Positions 28,639-36,636 of a DNA stretch of 64,000 nt are shown here, piece by piece (positions within the stretch are counted from its first letter, which is position 1; the number at the start of each line of letters is the position of its first letter). The position numbers and the translations under genes are program-made. Source of the stretch: Patescibacteria group bacterium (GTDB taxonomy: Bacteria > Patescibacteriota > Patescibacteriia > UBA10025 > JAHIVO01); assembly GCA_049325535.1 (NCBI GenBank), contig JBMOKY010000001.1, positions 557,942 through 621,941 on the forward strand, written 5' to 3'. A model generated the notes under the pieces. It did no database searches, had not been told where the DNA came from, and saw only the letters and a program-made list of their open reading frames with translations.

Positions 28639-29382
28639 GTGAAACTCAAAGAAACATTTAGCACTATTCCCGAGCAATACGACAAGGCGCGACTGGATTA
28701 TCCACCGCAGATGTTTCGGGATTTGCTCAAATACAGTCAGCTGAAAAAAACCAGTCCAATTCTTGAAATCGGCATTGGCACGGGAAAAGCGAGTAAACCG
28801 CTGGTTCGCCGTGGTAATTCGTTTGTGGCCAACGATTTAAGTAAAGAATTGGTAGGAATCGCCAAACGCAATCTAAAACGCTACAAAAAAGCTAGATATG
28901 TCATTGGACCTTTTGAAAACGTACGTTTGCCCAAAAACCACTTTGGATTAATCTACTCCGCACAAACCTTCCACTGGATAAAGCCCAGTATCCAATTTTC
29001 CAAAACCCACAGTCTGCTCAAACCAGGTGGCACGCTCGCACTCATGTGGAACTTCAATTATTACGATCGCGGCATAGGAAAATGGGCGTTGCAATTGCAT
29101 AAAAAGTACTCTTCGGCAAAAGGCGGAAAAGCAAACGAGATTATTGAACGATTACGACGGCATCCAAATTTTTCTCATGCGACACTGAAGGAGTACCATC
29201 GAGTCATCCCCATGACTAAAGACGACTACATCAGCATGCAAACTTCTTTTTCATGGTACTTAACACTGTCGGCAATAAGAAAACAACAAGCATTAAACGA
29301 AATTATCCAGCAATTAAAACGCTATCCTCGAAAGCTTCGCATACCTATTCGAACTAAATTAGTCATGGCAAAAAAGAAATAA
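28639..29382 (+). CDS. Class I SAM-dependent methyltransferase
   Basis: ILEIGIGTGKAS (motif I) and LKPGGTLAL (post-II). GTG start. Confidence 0.75.
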   Translation: MKLKETFSTIPEQYDKARLDYPPQMFRDLLKYSQLKKTSPILEIGIGTGKASKPLVRRGNSFVANDLSKELVGIAKRNLKRYKKARYVIGPFENVRLPKNHFGLIYSAQTFHWIKPSIQFSKTHSLLKPGGTLALMWNFNYYDRGIGKWALQLHKKYSSAKGGKANEIIERLRRHPNFSHATLKEYHRVIPMTKDDYISMQTSFSWYLTLSAIRKQQALNEIIQQLKRYPRKLRIPIRTKLVMAKKK

Positions 29383-29383
29383 T

Positions 29384-30160
29384 ATGAAATACAGAGCTTT
29401 TATTGAGAGATTAGCTCGTCAAGCTGGTGTTATCATGCGCCGACATTTTTCCGATGAGATAGTTAAAGATTGGAAAAAAGACTCTACGCCAGTCACCATT
29501 GCCGACAAGCAAATCAATTCACTCGTAGTCAAAGCAATTCGCAAAGCTTATCCACAACACGGTATACTCGCCGAGGAAGGCGGAAGTATACACACTGACG
29601 CTGAATACCTCTGGGTATGCGATCCGATTGACGGTACACTCCCCTACTCACATGCTATTCCGACCAGTGCGTTTTCACTGGCACTGGTACGTGATGGTGG
29701 ACCAATCATCGGCGTCCTCTACGACCCGTTTATTGATCGATTATATTATGCGGAAAAAAATAAAGGCGCCACGCTGAACGGCCGGCGCATCCATGTGGCA
29801 ACGGCTCGCACGATCAATCGTAAAGTAATCGGATCAGTCGTCTGGCCAAACGCCCCAATTAACCTCGTCAAAATAAATGATCAGCTATTCCGCGATGGAG
29901 CCTACGCGCTTAACGCCGTGGTTACTACGTACTTCGGTATGCTGGTAGCCAGCGGACAGTTAATCGCCAATATCTTCCCCGGCGCTAACCCCTGGGACAC
30001 AGCGGCACAAAAAATCATTATTGAAGAGGCCGGTGGATACGTCACTGATTTCCATGGAAAAAAGCAACGCTATGATCGTGCCACCCATGGCATGCTCGCC
30101 GCGTGCAATCCCACCATACACAAAAAAGTGCTATCATTAGTACGCTCTACCTATGCCTAG
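29384..30160 (+). CDS. Inositol-monophosphatase-family phosphatase (IMPase/SuhB/CysQ-like)
   Basis: ILAEEGG and WVCDPIDGT metal-binding signatures. Confidence 0.8.
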   Translation: MKYRAFIERLARQAGVIMRRHFSDEIVKDWKKDSTPVTIADKQINSLVVKAIRKAYPQHGILAEEGGSIHTDAEYLWVCDPIDGTLPYSHAIPTSAFSLALVRDGGPIIGVLYDPFIDRLYYAEKNKGATLNGRRIHVATARTINRKVIGSVVWPNAPINLVKINDQLFRDGAYALNAVVTTYFGMLVASGQLIANIFPGANPWDTAAQKIIIEEAGGYVTDFHGKKQRYDRATHGMLAACNPTIHKKVLSLVRSTYA

Positions 30161-30782
30161 CTACTGGGATACTCAGCACAATAGATATGCTGCCACTGAT
30201 TGGATTCACCAACCTTCGCTTTTCGCGGAATGGTGTTTACAGTTTTTCCCGCCCCATGAATCGCTGCTGGATCTCGGCGGTGGTCAAGGGCAAGATGCCA
30301 TATTTTTTGCGGAAAAGGGCTACCAGGTAACCCTGGTTGACTATACTGAATCGGCTCTGGAAAAGGCAAAACAAAAAATGGATCATACCAGTGGCACTGT
30401 GCTGGTACAGCACCATGATATATCCCAGAGACTACCGTTCCTGGATAATTCATTTGACATCGTGTATGCGCATCTGTCGCTGCACTATTTCGATGCGGAA
30501 AAAACATACTCAGTCTTCAACGAAATATACCGGATATTGAAACCGGGTGGGGTGCTGGCATTTCTCGTGAATTCTCAAAGCGACCCGGAATTTCGCACTG
30601 GTATTCCGATTGAACCTGGGTTTCGGGAGGTAGACACGGTTCAGAAGCGTTTCTTTGACATTCAGATGGCGCTTCAATTCACCCATCAATTTCAAACAAT
30701 CATCGTGGACGCACAAGGCGAAACATATAAAGACCGAGCAATCGGCAACCATAATTTAATCCGGTATGTCGGAAAAAAATAA
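30153..30782 (+). CDS. Class I SAM-dependent methyltransferase (TehB/TPMT-like)
   Basis: LLDLGGGQGQDAIFFAEKGYQVTLVDYTESALEKA and LKPGGVLAF. Overlaps the IMPase gene by 8 nt. Confidence 0.75.
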   Translation: MPSYWDTQHNRYAATDWIHQPSLFAEWCLQFFPPHESLLDLGGGQGQDAIFFAEKGYQVTLVDYTESALEKAKQKMDHTSGTVLVQHHDISQRLPFLDNSFDIVYAHLSLHYFDAEKTYSVFNEIYRILKPGGVLAFLVNSQSDPEFRTGIPIEPGFREVDTVQKRFFDIQMALQFTHQFQTIIVDAQGETYKDRAIGNHNLIRYVGKK

Positions 30783-31221
30783 CCAACTAACTTTGAAAAC
30801 TATGTCCTGGGTAGTATTTGCCTTGCTATCCGCTGGTTTTGCTGCATTGGTCGCTATATTTGCTAAGATGGGGATTAAATCCGTCGACACAACTCTAGCA
30901 ACCACCGTGCGCAGTGTCATTATGGCAGTCTTTCTTATTATCGTTGCCCTAGTATTAGGCAAAGTCAAGCTGCTGAGCGGAATTGATAACAAGGCGCTTT
31001 TGTACATCGTACTTTCTGGAATTGCCGGGGCCCTATCATGGCTGTTTTATTTCTTTGCTCTGAAAACCGGACCAGCACCCGCGGTAGCCGCGCTCGATCG
31101 AACCAGCGTGGTATTTGTACTCATACTTGCCGCGCTCTTGCTGGGAGACAAAATCACCCTCAAATCGGGTATTGGCGCTGGAATGGTTGCCGTTGGCGCC
31201 ATCATCATGTCACTAAAATAA
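30766..31221 (+). CDS. Small EamA-domain (DMT superfamily) membrane transporter
   Basis: 151 aa, 4-5 TM. A single EamA-like domain. Overlaps the upstream MTase. Confidence 0.6.
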   Translation: MSEKNNQLTLKTMSWVVFALLSAGFAALVAIFAKMGIKSVDTTLATTVRSVIMAVFLIIVALVLGKVKLLSGIDNKALLYIVLSGIAGALSWLFYFFALKTGPAPAVAALDRTSVVFVLILAALLLGDKITLKSGIGAGMVAVGAIIMSLK

Positions 31222-31230
31222 CTGTAGTGT

Positions 31231-31581
31231 ATGCCCGTCGGCAAACAACAAACCAGCACACGCATGGTCATTGTCCTGCATGCGATAGTAATTACACTTA
31301 TTTGGGTATCGCCGTTTCTTTTCCGCTGGCATGTAATCCTTTTTGGAATTGCCCTCTACTACGTCGAGATAATTACCATCGGTGATTGCATCCTCACCCG
31401 ACGGCAATTCCAGACAAAAAAACGTGACATGACTTTTTACTATTATCTGCTGGAAAAAATCGGATTACGCCCATCCATGACCCGGGTACGCATAATAGCC
31501 GACTATGTGATGCCGCCACTTATCCTCGGTATTGCGCTGATATGGCAGAAATGCATGGCGCAGGTTCCGCTCATATGGTAA
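31231..31581 (+). CDS. Hypothetical membrane protein
   Basis: 116 aa, 3 TM helices. Confidence 0.4.
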   Translation: MPVGKQQTSTRMVIVLHAIVITLIWVSPFLFRWHVILFGIALYYVEIITIGDCILTRRQFQTKKRDMTFYYYLLEKIGLRPSMTRVRIIADYVMPPLILGIALIWQKCMAQVPLIW

Positions 31582-31624
31582 ATACCGCTCCGGCACGCTA
31601 TACTATAAAGTACATAATATACAT

Positions 31625-32296
31625 ATGCAAAATCCCCGAAAAATAATAGCAGTTATAATCCTCTGTATTGCCCTCGGTGCGGCTGCTTTTTTGATATATG
31701 GCCGGATAATTAGCCCCGAGGACACCTGGCTGTGCGAAAATGACAGCTGGGTAAAACATGGTAACCCTACCAGCGCCAAACCAACCAGCGGCTGTGGTGA
31801 AGAAAAAAATTCCAACGCAGCAAATGCAAATGCCCTGGGAGAGTCTATAGCCAATTTCCAGGAATGCGCTGATGCCGGATATCCCATACAGGAATCATAC
31901 CCCAGAAAATGCTTAGCAAACGGCGACAGCTTTACTGAAGATATTGGCAATGAGCTGGAAAAGGCCGATATGATAGTGCTGGACAACCCTCGTCCGAACG
32001 TACGTGTCAGGAGCCCCCTCACTATCACCGGTCGTGCCCGCGGTGAATGGTTTTTTGAAGCTGAATTTCCCATCACCTTCATGGATATGGACGGAAACGT
32101 GCTCGGGTCAGCGACTGCGCGCGCGGAAAGCGACTGGATGACCACGGACTTCGTACCCTTCACAGCGACGCTGAATTTCGTATCCACCGATGCGACCAGT
32201 GCCCGGCTTATTCTCAGCAAAGATAACCCATCGGGCCTTCCTGAACTTAATGATGAACTCATCGTCCCGCTGAATGTTTTAGCCATTGAACCATAA
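31625..32296 (+). CDS. Membrane-anchored secreted protein with a C-terminal Gmad2/Ig-like domain
   Basis: N-terminal TM anchor, a Cys-containing linker, and a C-terminal beta-rich region (PLTITGRARGEWFFEAEFPITFMDMDGNVLG) reminiscent of the GerMN/Gmad2 fold. Confidence 0.4.
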   Translation: MQNPRKIIAVIILCIALGAAAFLIYGRIISPEDTWLCENDSWVKHGNPTSAKPTSGCGEEKNSNAANANALGESIANFQECADAGYPIQESYPRKCLANGDSFTEDIGNELEKADMIVLDNPRPNVRVRSPLTITGRARGEWFFEAEFPITFMDMDGNVLGSATARAESDWMTTDFVPFTATLNFVSTDATSARLILSKDNPSGLPELNDELIVPLNVLAIEP

Positions 32297-32440
32297 AATC
32301 ACCGGCAGGGACTTGACAGGAGCGCGGTTACACGGTATGATGGTGTACTTTTGGTATACGTTTATACACTTGCATGCCCGTATATCGGACAGTCGGGCAA
32401 CCTGGCATAGGATGCTTCACCCGAAACAGTGGAGCACATC

Positions 32441-32674
32441 ATGCGCGTACGTTTCACACTCAGTATGGATGACCTGGTCGTCGACGACCGATTGGTCGAT
32501 TCATGCACCATCGCCTGGGAGGAGGATCGAACCAGAGATGAATTACTCGATCTTTCCGAACGTTGGATCACGACCCAAAACTTCCTCACCCGAAGAATGA
32601 TCGGCTTGCAGCGGGTCGGCGAATCCAGCCTCACTATCGAACCCCTAGAAGCGAATTCGACTTCCCTGCGTTGA
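32441..32674 (+). CDS. Small acidic hypothetical protein
   Basis: 77 aa from the ATG at 32441. Non-repetitive composition. Immediately followed by a clear intrinsic terminator. Confidence 0.3.
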   Translation: MRVRFTLSMDDLVVDDRLVDSCTIAWEEDRTRDELLDLSERWITTQNFLTRRMIGLQRVGESSLTIEPLEANSTSLR

Positions 32675-32689
32675 AACCGCTTCTCCACA

Positions 32690-32724
32690 CCGCCGTTTGG
32701 GATTCCAGCGGCGGTCTTTTTTTG
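32690..32724 (+). terminator. Rho-independent terminator
   Basis: CCGCCG tttgggattccag CGGCGG stem followed by TCTTTTTTTG. Confidence 0.7.
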
Positions 32725-32894
32725 CACATGAAAAAAACCTGGCACGTAACGATTGATGATTACGGCCAGGTAAGTGAGCGTCGTCAACCGACGTAGATAG
32801 ATCAGGCGAGTGACCAGGAAAAATACTCAGTACGATCCATCCACATACAGGCAGTAACGAAGCTGTCCCGAGCGCCAGACAGCAGAGCGCCGAA

Positions 32895-33176
32895 GTGATG
32901 ATACAGTGGATGACCACCGTCCTCATGGAAATCATCAATATCCTGGGGAGCTGCGCTGGTGACGCACTGGACCTGCTGGTCGGCTGCAACCGGCTGATCG
33001 AGACGAGTACGGACTATGTGTCTGCCACACGGGAGCTGAAAACGCGCCTGAGGCAGATCAAAAGGTATTCCCCCGGAATATTCCGGGAAAACAACGTGCA
33101 GTACCACCTCACGATGCGTACTGAGGCGGCGCGTGGGTATGACATGATTTTCTGTCAAATGAGCCTCCATTTGTAG
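32895..33176 (+). CDS. Hypothetical protein
   Basis: 93-aa ORF with protein-like composition. Antisense ORFs in this GC-rich stretch look like artefacts. Confidence 0.25.
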   Translation: MMIQWMTTVLMEIINILGSCAGDALDLLVGCNRLIETSTDYVSATRELKTRLRQIKRYSPGIFRENNVQYHLTMRTEAARGYDMIFCQMSLHL

Positions 33177-33339
33177 CGGGTTGGTTTTGTTTGTCATTAC
33201 TATACCGGCTCAGTTGTTCATGTCAAGACGGATACAATTTCTGGTTTGACAAATATTAAATAATCATTTAATTTATTGATAATGATTTCTATTAAAATCG
33301 CTCCCATCAAACCAAACAAACCAAGGAAAGGAACCAAGG

Positions 33340-33699
33340 ATGGACAGATTTTTGCACCTGATGAGTGTGATCAGCCCCGACAAGGAAACCCTTAACGAAG
33401 CACGCGTATTGCTCGCGGAACTCACAGACGATGCAGTGATTCGCCTATTTCGAATTCATTGCAAAGATGTGAAAGAATCGGGCTTCACATCGCTCATTTT
33501 CAACGAGTTGGCACGACGTCTGCCAAACATGGCGACTCTCAATGCCGAATTCGGGATCAATAACGGCGTATACCATCTCAATATCGACGGCGTCAGCTAC
33601 CGCTCCCCCGCTGAGCTCGTCTCAGCCCCCGCCTGCCATGGCATAATCCGCCAGTTCTACCCGCAGCTTCCCAGTTGCCGGCTGATGTCCACCTGCTAG
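33340..33699 (+). CDS. Hypothetical protein
   Basis: 119 aa. SD (AAGGAAAGGA) upstream. Downstream terminator hairpin. Confidence 0.4.
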   Translation: MDRFLHLMSVISPDKETLNEARVLLAELTDDAVIRLFRIHCKDVKESGFTSLIFNELARRLPNMATLNAEFGINNGVYHLNIDGVSYRSPAELVSAPACHGIIRQFYPQLPSCRLMSTC

Positions 33700-33726
33700 G
33701 ACACATATGCCAGGCGTACTATCATA

Positions 33727-33762
33727 CCCACGACCATTATACGGTCGTGGGTTACTTATTTA
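33727..33762 (+). terminator. Rho-independent terminator
   Basis: CCCACGACC attatac GGTCGTGGG stem followed by a T-rich tract. Confidence 0.65.
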
Positions 33763-33791
33763 GTATTGATTTTCAATAAGAATAATGCTAT
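33763..33791 (+). promoter_or_regulatory. Sigma70-like promoter: TTGATT, 17-nt spacer, TATACT
   Basis: Well-spaced hexamers about 10 nt upstream of the M23/FG-GAP gene start. Confidence 0.45.
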
Positions 33792-33800
33792 ACTGTATGT

Positions 33801-35279
33801 ATGAAGCGATCAAATGTTTTTTTAGCCTCACTGCTGACAGTGGGTTTTTTTATGGCAGCGCCTTTCTCCGCTCGTGCCGGCGATCTCAGGGACATCGTTT
33901 TCCCGGTGCTCAGTGGTGCCCGATATTCAGATGATTTTGGAGCGGCTCGTTCCGGCGGCAGGACGCATGAGGGTAATGACCTGATGGCAGAAAAAATGCG
34001 TCCGCTCGTTGCGGCGGTAGATGGACTAGTACGGTATGTCACCTTTCCTGAGCCGTACTACGGCTACGCTGTGTTTCTCGAAGACACAGAAGGTTATGCC
34101 TACTGGTATTTACATATCAATAACGACAGTCCAGGAACTGATGACGGACAGGGGGGCGGCAACACTGCGTTTGCGCCCGATATTTTACGGGGTAATCCAG
34201 TGATGAGGGGCCAACTTTTGGGATGGGTGGGAGATTCTGGCAATGCTGAATCGACCGTGCCGCATCTGCATTTCGAGATTCATCGACCAGATGGTACTGT
34301 CATCAATCCATTTCTTTCACTGCAGCAGTCATCGGTCATCTCTACACCGACGATTGCTCCACCGCTGGAAAATGAGATTCTCCCGTTTGCCCAGTTTACC
34401 GGTGGCGGGACGATTACTTATGCCGAGCTCAATGGCCGCTTTGCCGGCCAGGAGATAATCGTCGGTGCCGGGCCGGGTGGTGGGCCGCAGGTACGGATGT
34501 ACGCCCAAGATGGCACATTTCTCGGCGGTTTTTTTGCGTTTGCGGAATCATTCCGCGGGGGCGTCGATGTGGCCGCCGGAGATTTCAATGGCGATGGCAT
34601 CGATGAAATCATCGTCGGTGCCGGGCCGGGTGGTGGGCCGCAGGTACGCATGTTTACCGCGGACGCGAAAGTGCGCGACCAATTTATGGCCTACGCCCCT
34701 ACGTTTCGTGGCGGCGTTCGGCTGGCCGCAGCCGACCTGGATGGCGATGGCTTAGCTGAGATTATTACCGGCGCTGGGCCGGGTGGCGGGCCACATGTGC
34801 GTGTTTTTGAAAGTGACGGAACACGACGTTCCCAGTTTTTTGCTTACGCCGACGGTTTTCGGGGAGGGATCGACGTGAGCGCGTACCCAGCAACCCAGTC
34901 TACACCAGCTCTGATCGTGACTGGCGCTGGACCGGGCGGAGCTTCACACGTACGAATATTTGACTGGAAAGGCGGGCTACAAAACCAGTTTTTTGCCTAT
35001 GATACCGGATTTCGTGGCGGCGCTTCGGTCAGCATCGCGCAGATAGATTCATCAAGTGATACCCCGGAGATACTCGTTGCACCCGCTCAACGAGGTGGTC
35101 CGGTTTTTCGATTATTCAGTTATCGCGGTGTTTTTCTCGAAAATTATGAAGAGTACGAACCATGGTGGCGAAGCGGTTATGATATTGCTGGCGGCCTGGA
35201 CAGCGTCAGTGTCATAACCAATAGCTCAACCCGCCGCACATCTCTCCGCAGCCTTTTGTCTGAAAATTTCTTCGAGTAG
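33801..35279 (+). CDS. Secreted M23 (LytM-type) peptidase fused to FG-GAP/VCBS beta-propeller repeats
   Basis: Signal peptide. M23 core HEGNDL ... GDSGNAESTVPHLHFEIH. Then at least four repeats of F-x-GG-x-x-x-A-x-GD-x-[ND]-GDG-x-x-E-I-I-x-GAGPGGGP-x-VR. Confidence 0.8.
   Translation: MKRSNVFLASLLTVGFFMAAPFSARAGDLRDIVFPVLSGARYSDDFGAARSGGRTHEGNDLMAEKMRPLVAAVDGLVRYVTFPEPYYGYAVFLEDTEGYAYWYLHINNDSPGTDDGQGGGNTAFAPDILRGNPVMRGQLLGWVGDSGNAESTVPHLHFEIHRPDGTVINPFLSLQQSSVISTPTIAPPLENEILPFAQFTGGGTITYAELNGRFAGQEIIVGAGPGGGPQVRMYAQDGTFLGGFFAFAESFRGGVDVAAGDFNGDGIDEIIVGAGPGGGPQVRMFTADAKVRDQFMAYAPTFRGGVRLAAADLDGDGLAEIITGAGPGGGPHVRVFESDGTRRSQFFAYADGFRGGIDVSAYPATQSTPALIVTGAGPGGASHVRIFDWKGGLQNQFFAYDTGFRGGASVSIAQIDSSSDTPEILVAPAQRGGPVFRLFSYRGVFLENYEEYEPWWRSGYDIAGGLDSVSVITNSSTRRTSLRSLLSENFFE
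34458..34648 (+). repeat. Intragenic 38-bp perfect direct repeat, two copies about 150 bp apart
   Basis: atcgtcggtgccgggccgggtggtgggccgcaggtacg at 34458-34495 and 34611-34648. Encodes the GAGPGGGPQVR core of the FG-GAP repeats. Confidence 0.8.
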
Positions 35280-35340
35280 GACAAACCAAAAAAAGCGCTG
35301 TATTGACTAAAGCGCTGGTGTCCTGATACCGCCCGAAGCT

Positions 35341-36621
35341 CTAAAATCCCGGCAAATAATCCAACGGATTAACCGGTAATCCACTCGAACGCACCTCAAA
35401 ATGCAAATGAGCGCCGGTGGTGAATGGACCTGCGCCTGCAGTTCCTGGCAGACCGCCCACCGCGCCGATTTGCTGGCCACGGACGACGTATTCATCCTCA
35501 GTGACATCAATCCGGCTGACATGTCCGTAAACAGTGCTGATCGTATCACTATGCACGATCATGATATAGCTATACCCAAGTCCGGCGTTCTTTGCACGAA
35601 CGACGTAGCCATTGTCTGCTGCTACGATCGGAGTCCCTTGTGACGCAGGTATATCGATCGCTGAGTGTTCAAACACAGAACGGAATGGGTATGATGGGTC
35701 ATGAAAATAAGCAGAAATTCCCTTCAGCGGAGCGACCGGCCAAATAAGCTGTGCGTCAACATCTAAATCAATCCCCTGCTCTTGTAATTGCTTTCGGGCT
35801 TTTGATTCCAGCGATCCCACTTCAGCTTCAGCCGCTCGCTGTTCGGCGACCGCCTGTTCGTACAGCTGTTGGTAGGTCTCTTCATCGCCCTTCGTATCTT
35901 CGAGCAAAATTACCTTATATTCTTTTTGACTTCCCAGCGCCTGCACGGTTTCAGATAACTGATTGGATAGATCGGATAATTCTTTTTTCTTGCCTGCTTT
36001 TTCCTGTTCCTGCTGCTCCAAATCAAATTTCACCTGCTTCATGGTTTGCAGGGTCGTCGTGACTTTTTCCTCTAGTTTCTGGGTATATTGAAATGTGTCA
36101 AAGAAATCTGAAAATGACGTATTGGTCATGAGGATTTCCAGTGTTGATTGCTGGTCGTAACGGTCAATCAAGCGCAAAAAATCTGCCAGCACCTCTTGAT
36201 TCTGACGGACTTCTTCTGTTTTTTCATCGATTGCCACTCCCAGGGCTTCCAGCTCCAAATTCAGCGTATCAATTTCGATAGTGATTTTATCGATGTCATT
36301 TTGCGTCTGGTCTACCTGCGTGTCGAGCAATGATAATTGATTTTGCAGTGTTTTAGCTTCCTGCTGCTTTGTTTTGACATTTTGCTCGTATAAATCAGCT
36401 TTCTTCTTTATTTCTTCCAGTGCCTGTCGTTTTGCTTCCAATTCCTGGGTTATCTCTTCGGCGGCAGCTTGCTGGACCTCTTCCGTCTCTGCGGCATCGC
36501 TCCATCCTGGAATAAACAAAACAATCGCCGTGAACATGGCGATACAGCTTATCCCTGTGACTATTTTTTGTTTTATACCTATAGCGACGTACATTTTTTG
36601 GCTGGGATTAGTACCAGACAC
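35341..36621 (-). CDS. EnvC-like M23 peptidase with an N-terminal coiled coil
   Basis: N-terminal TM, a long coiled coil (QQAAAEEITQELEAKRQALEEIKKK...), and a C-terminal M23 domain (GTAGAGPFTTGAHLHFEVR). Confidence 0.8.
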   Translation of the reverse strand: MSGTNPSQKMYVAIGIKQKIVTGISCIAMFTAIVLFIPGWSDAAETEEVQQAAAEEITQELEAKRQALEEIKKKADLYEQNVKTKQQEAKTLQNQLSLLDTQVDQTQNDIDKITIEIDTLNLELEALGVAIDEKTEEVRQNQEVLADFLRLIDRYDQQSTLEILMTNTSFSDFFDTFQYTQKLEEKVTTTLQTMKQVKFDLEQQEQEKAGKKKELSDLSNQLSETVQALGSQKEYKVILLEDTKGDEETYQQLYEQAVAEQRAAEAEVGSLESKARKQLQEQGIDLDVDAQLIWPVAPLKGISAYFHDPSYPFRSVFEHSAIDIPASQGTPIVAADNGYVVRAKNAGLGYSYIMIVHSDTISTVYGHVSRIDVTEDEYVVRGQQIGAVGGLPGTAGAGPFTTGAHLHFEVRSSGLPVNPLDYLPGF

Positions 36622-36636
36622 TACTATAGCACATTT

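Noticed and set aside
31603-32286. 227-aa minus-strand ORF
   Set aside because: It is fully antisense to the plus-strand Gmad2-like gene. The plus-strand product has a signal anchor and a recognisable domain. The minus-strand translation is Ser/Ala-rich and low-complexity.
34418-34755. Overlapping ORFs of 77 and 96 aa on both strands inside the M23/FG-GAP gene
   Set aside because: They arise from the GC-rich repeated GGGCCGGGTGGTGGGCCG segments. They are Pro/Gly/Arg-rich out-of-frame readings of a well-supported gene.
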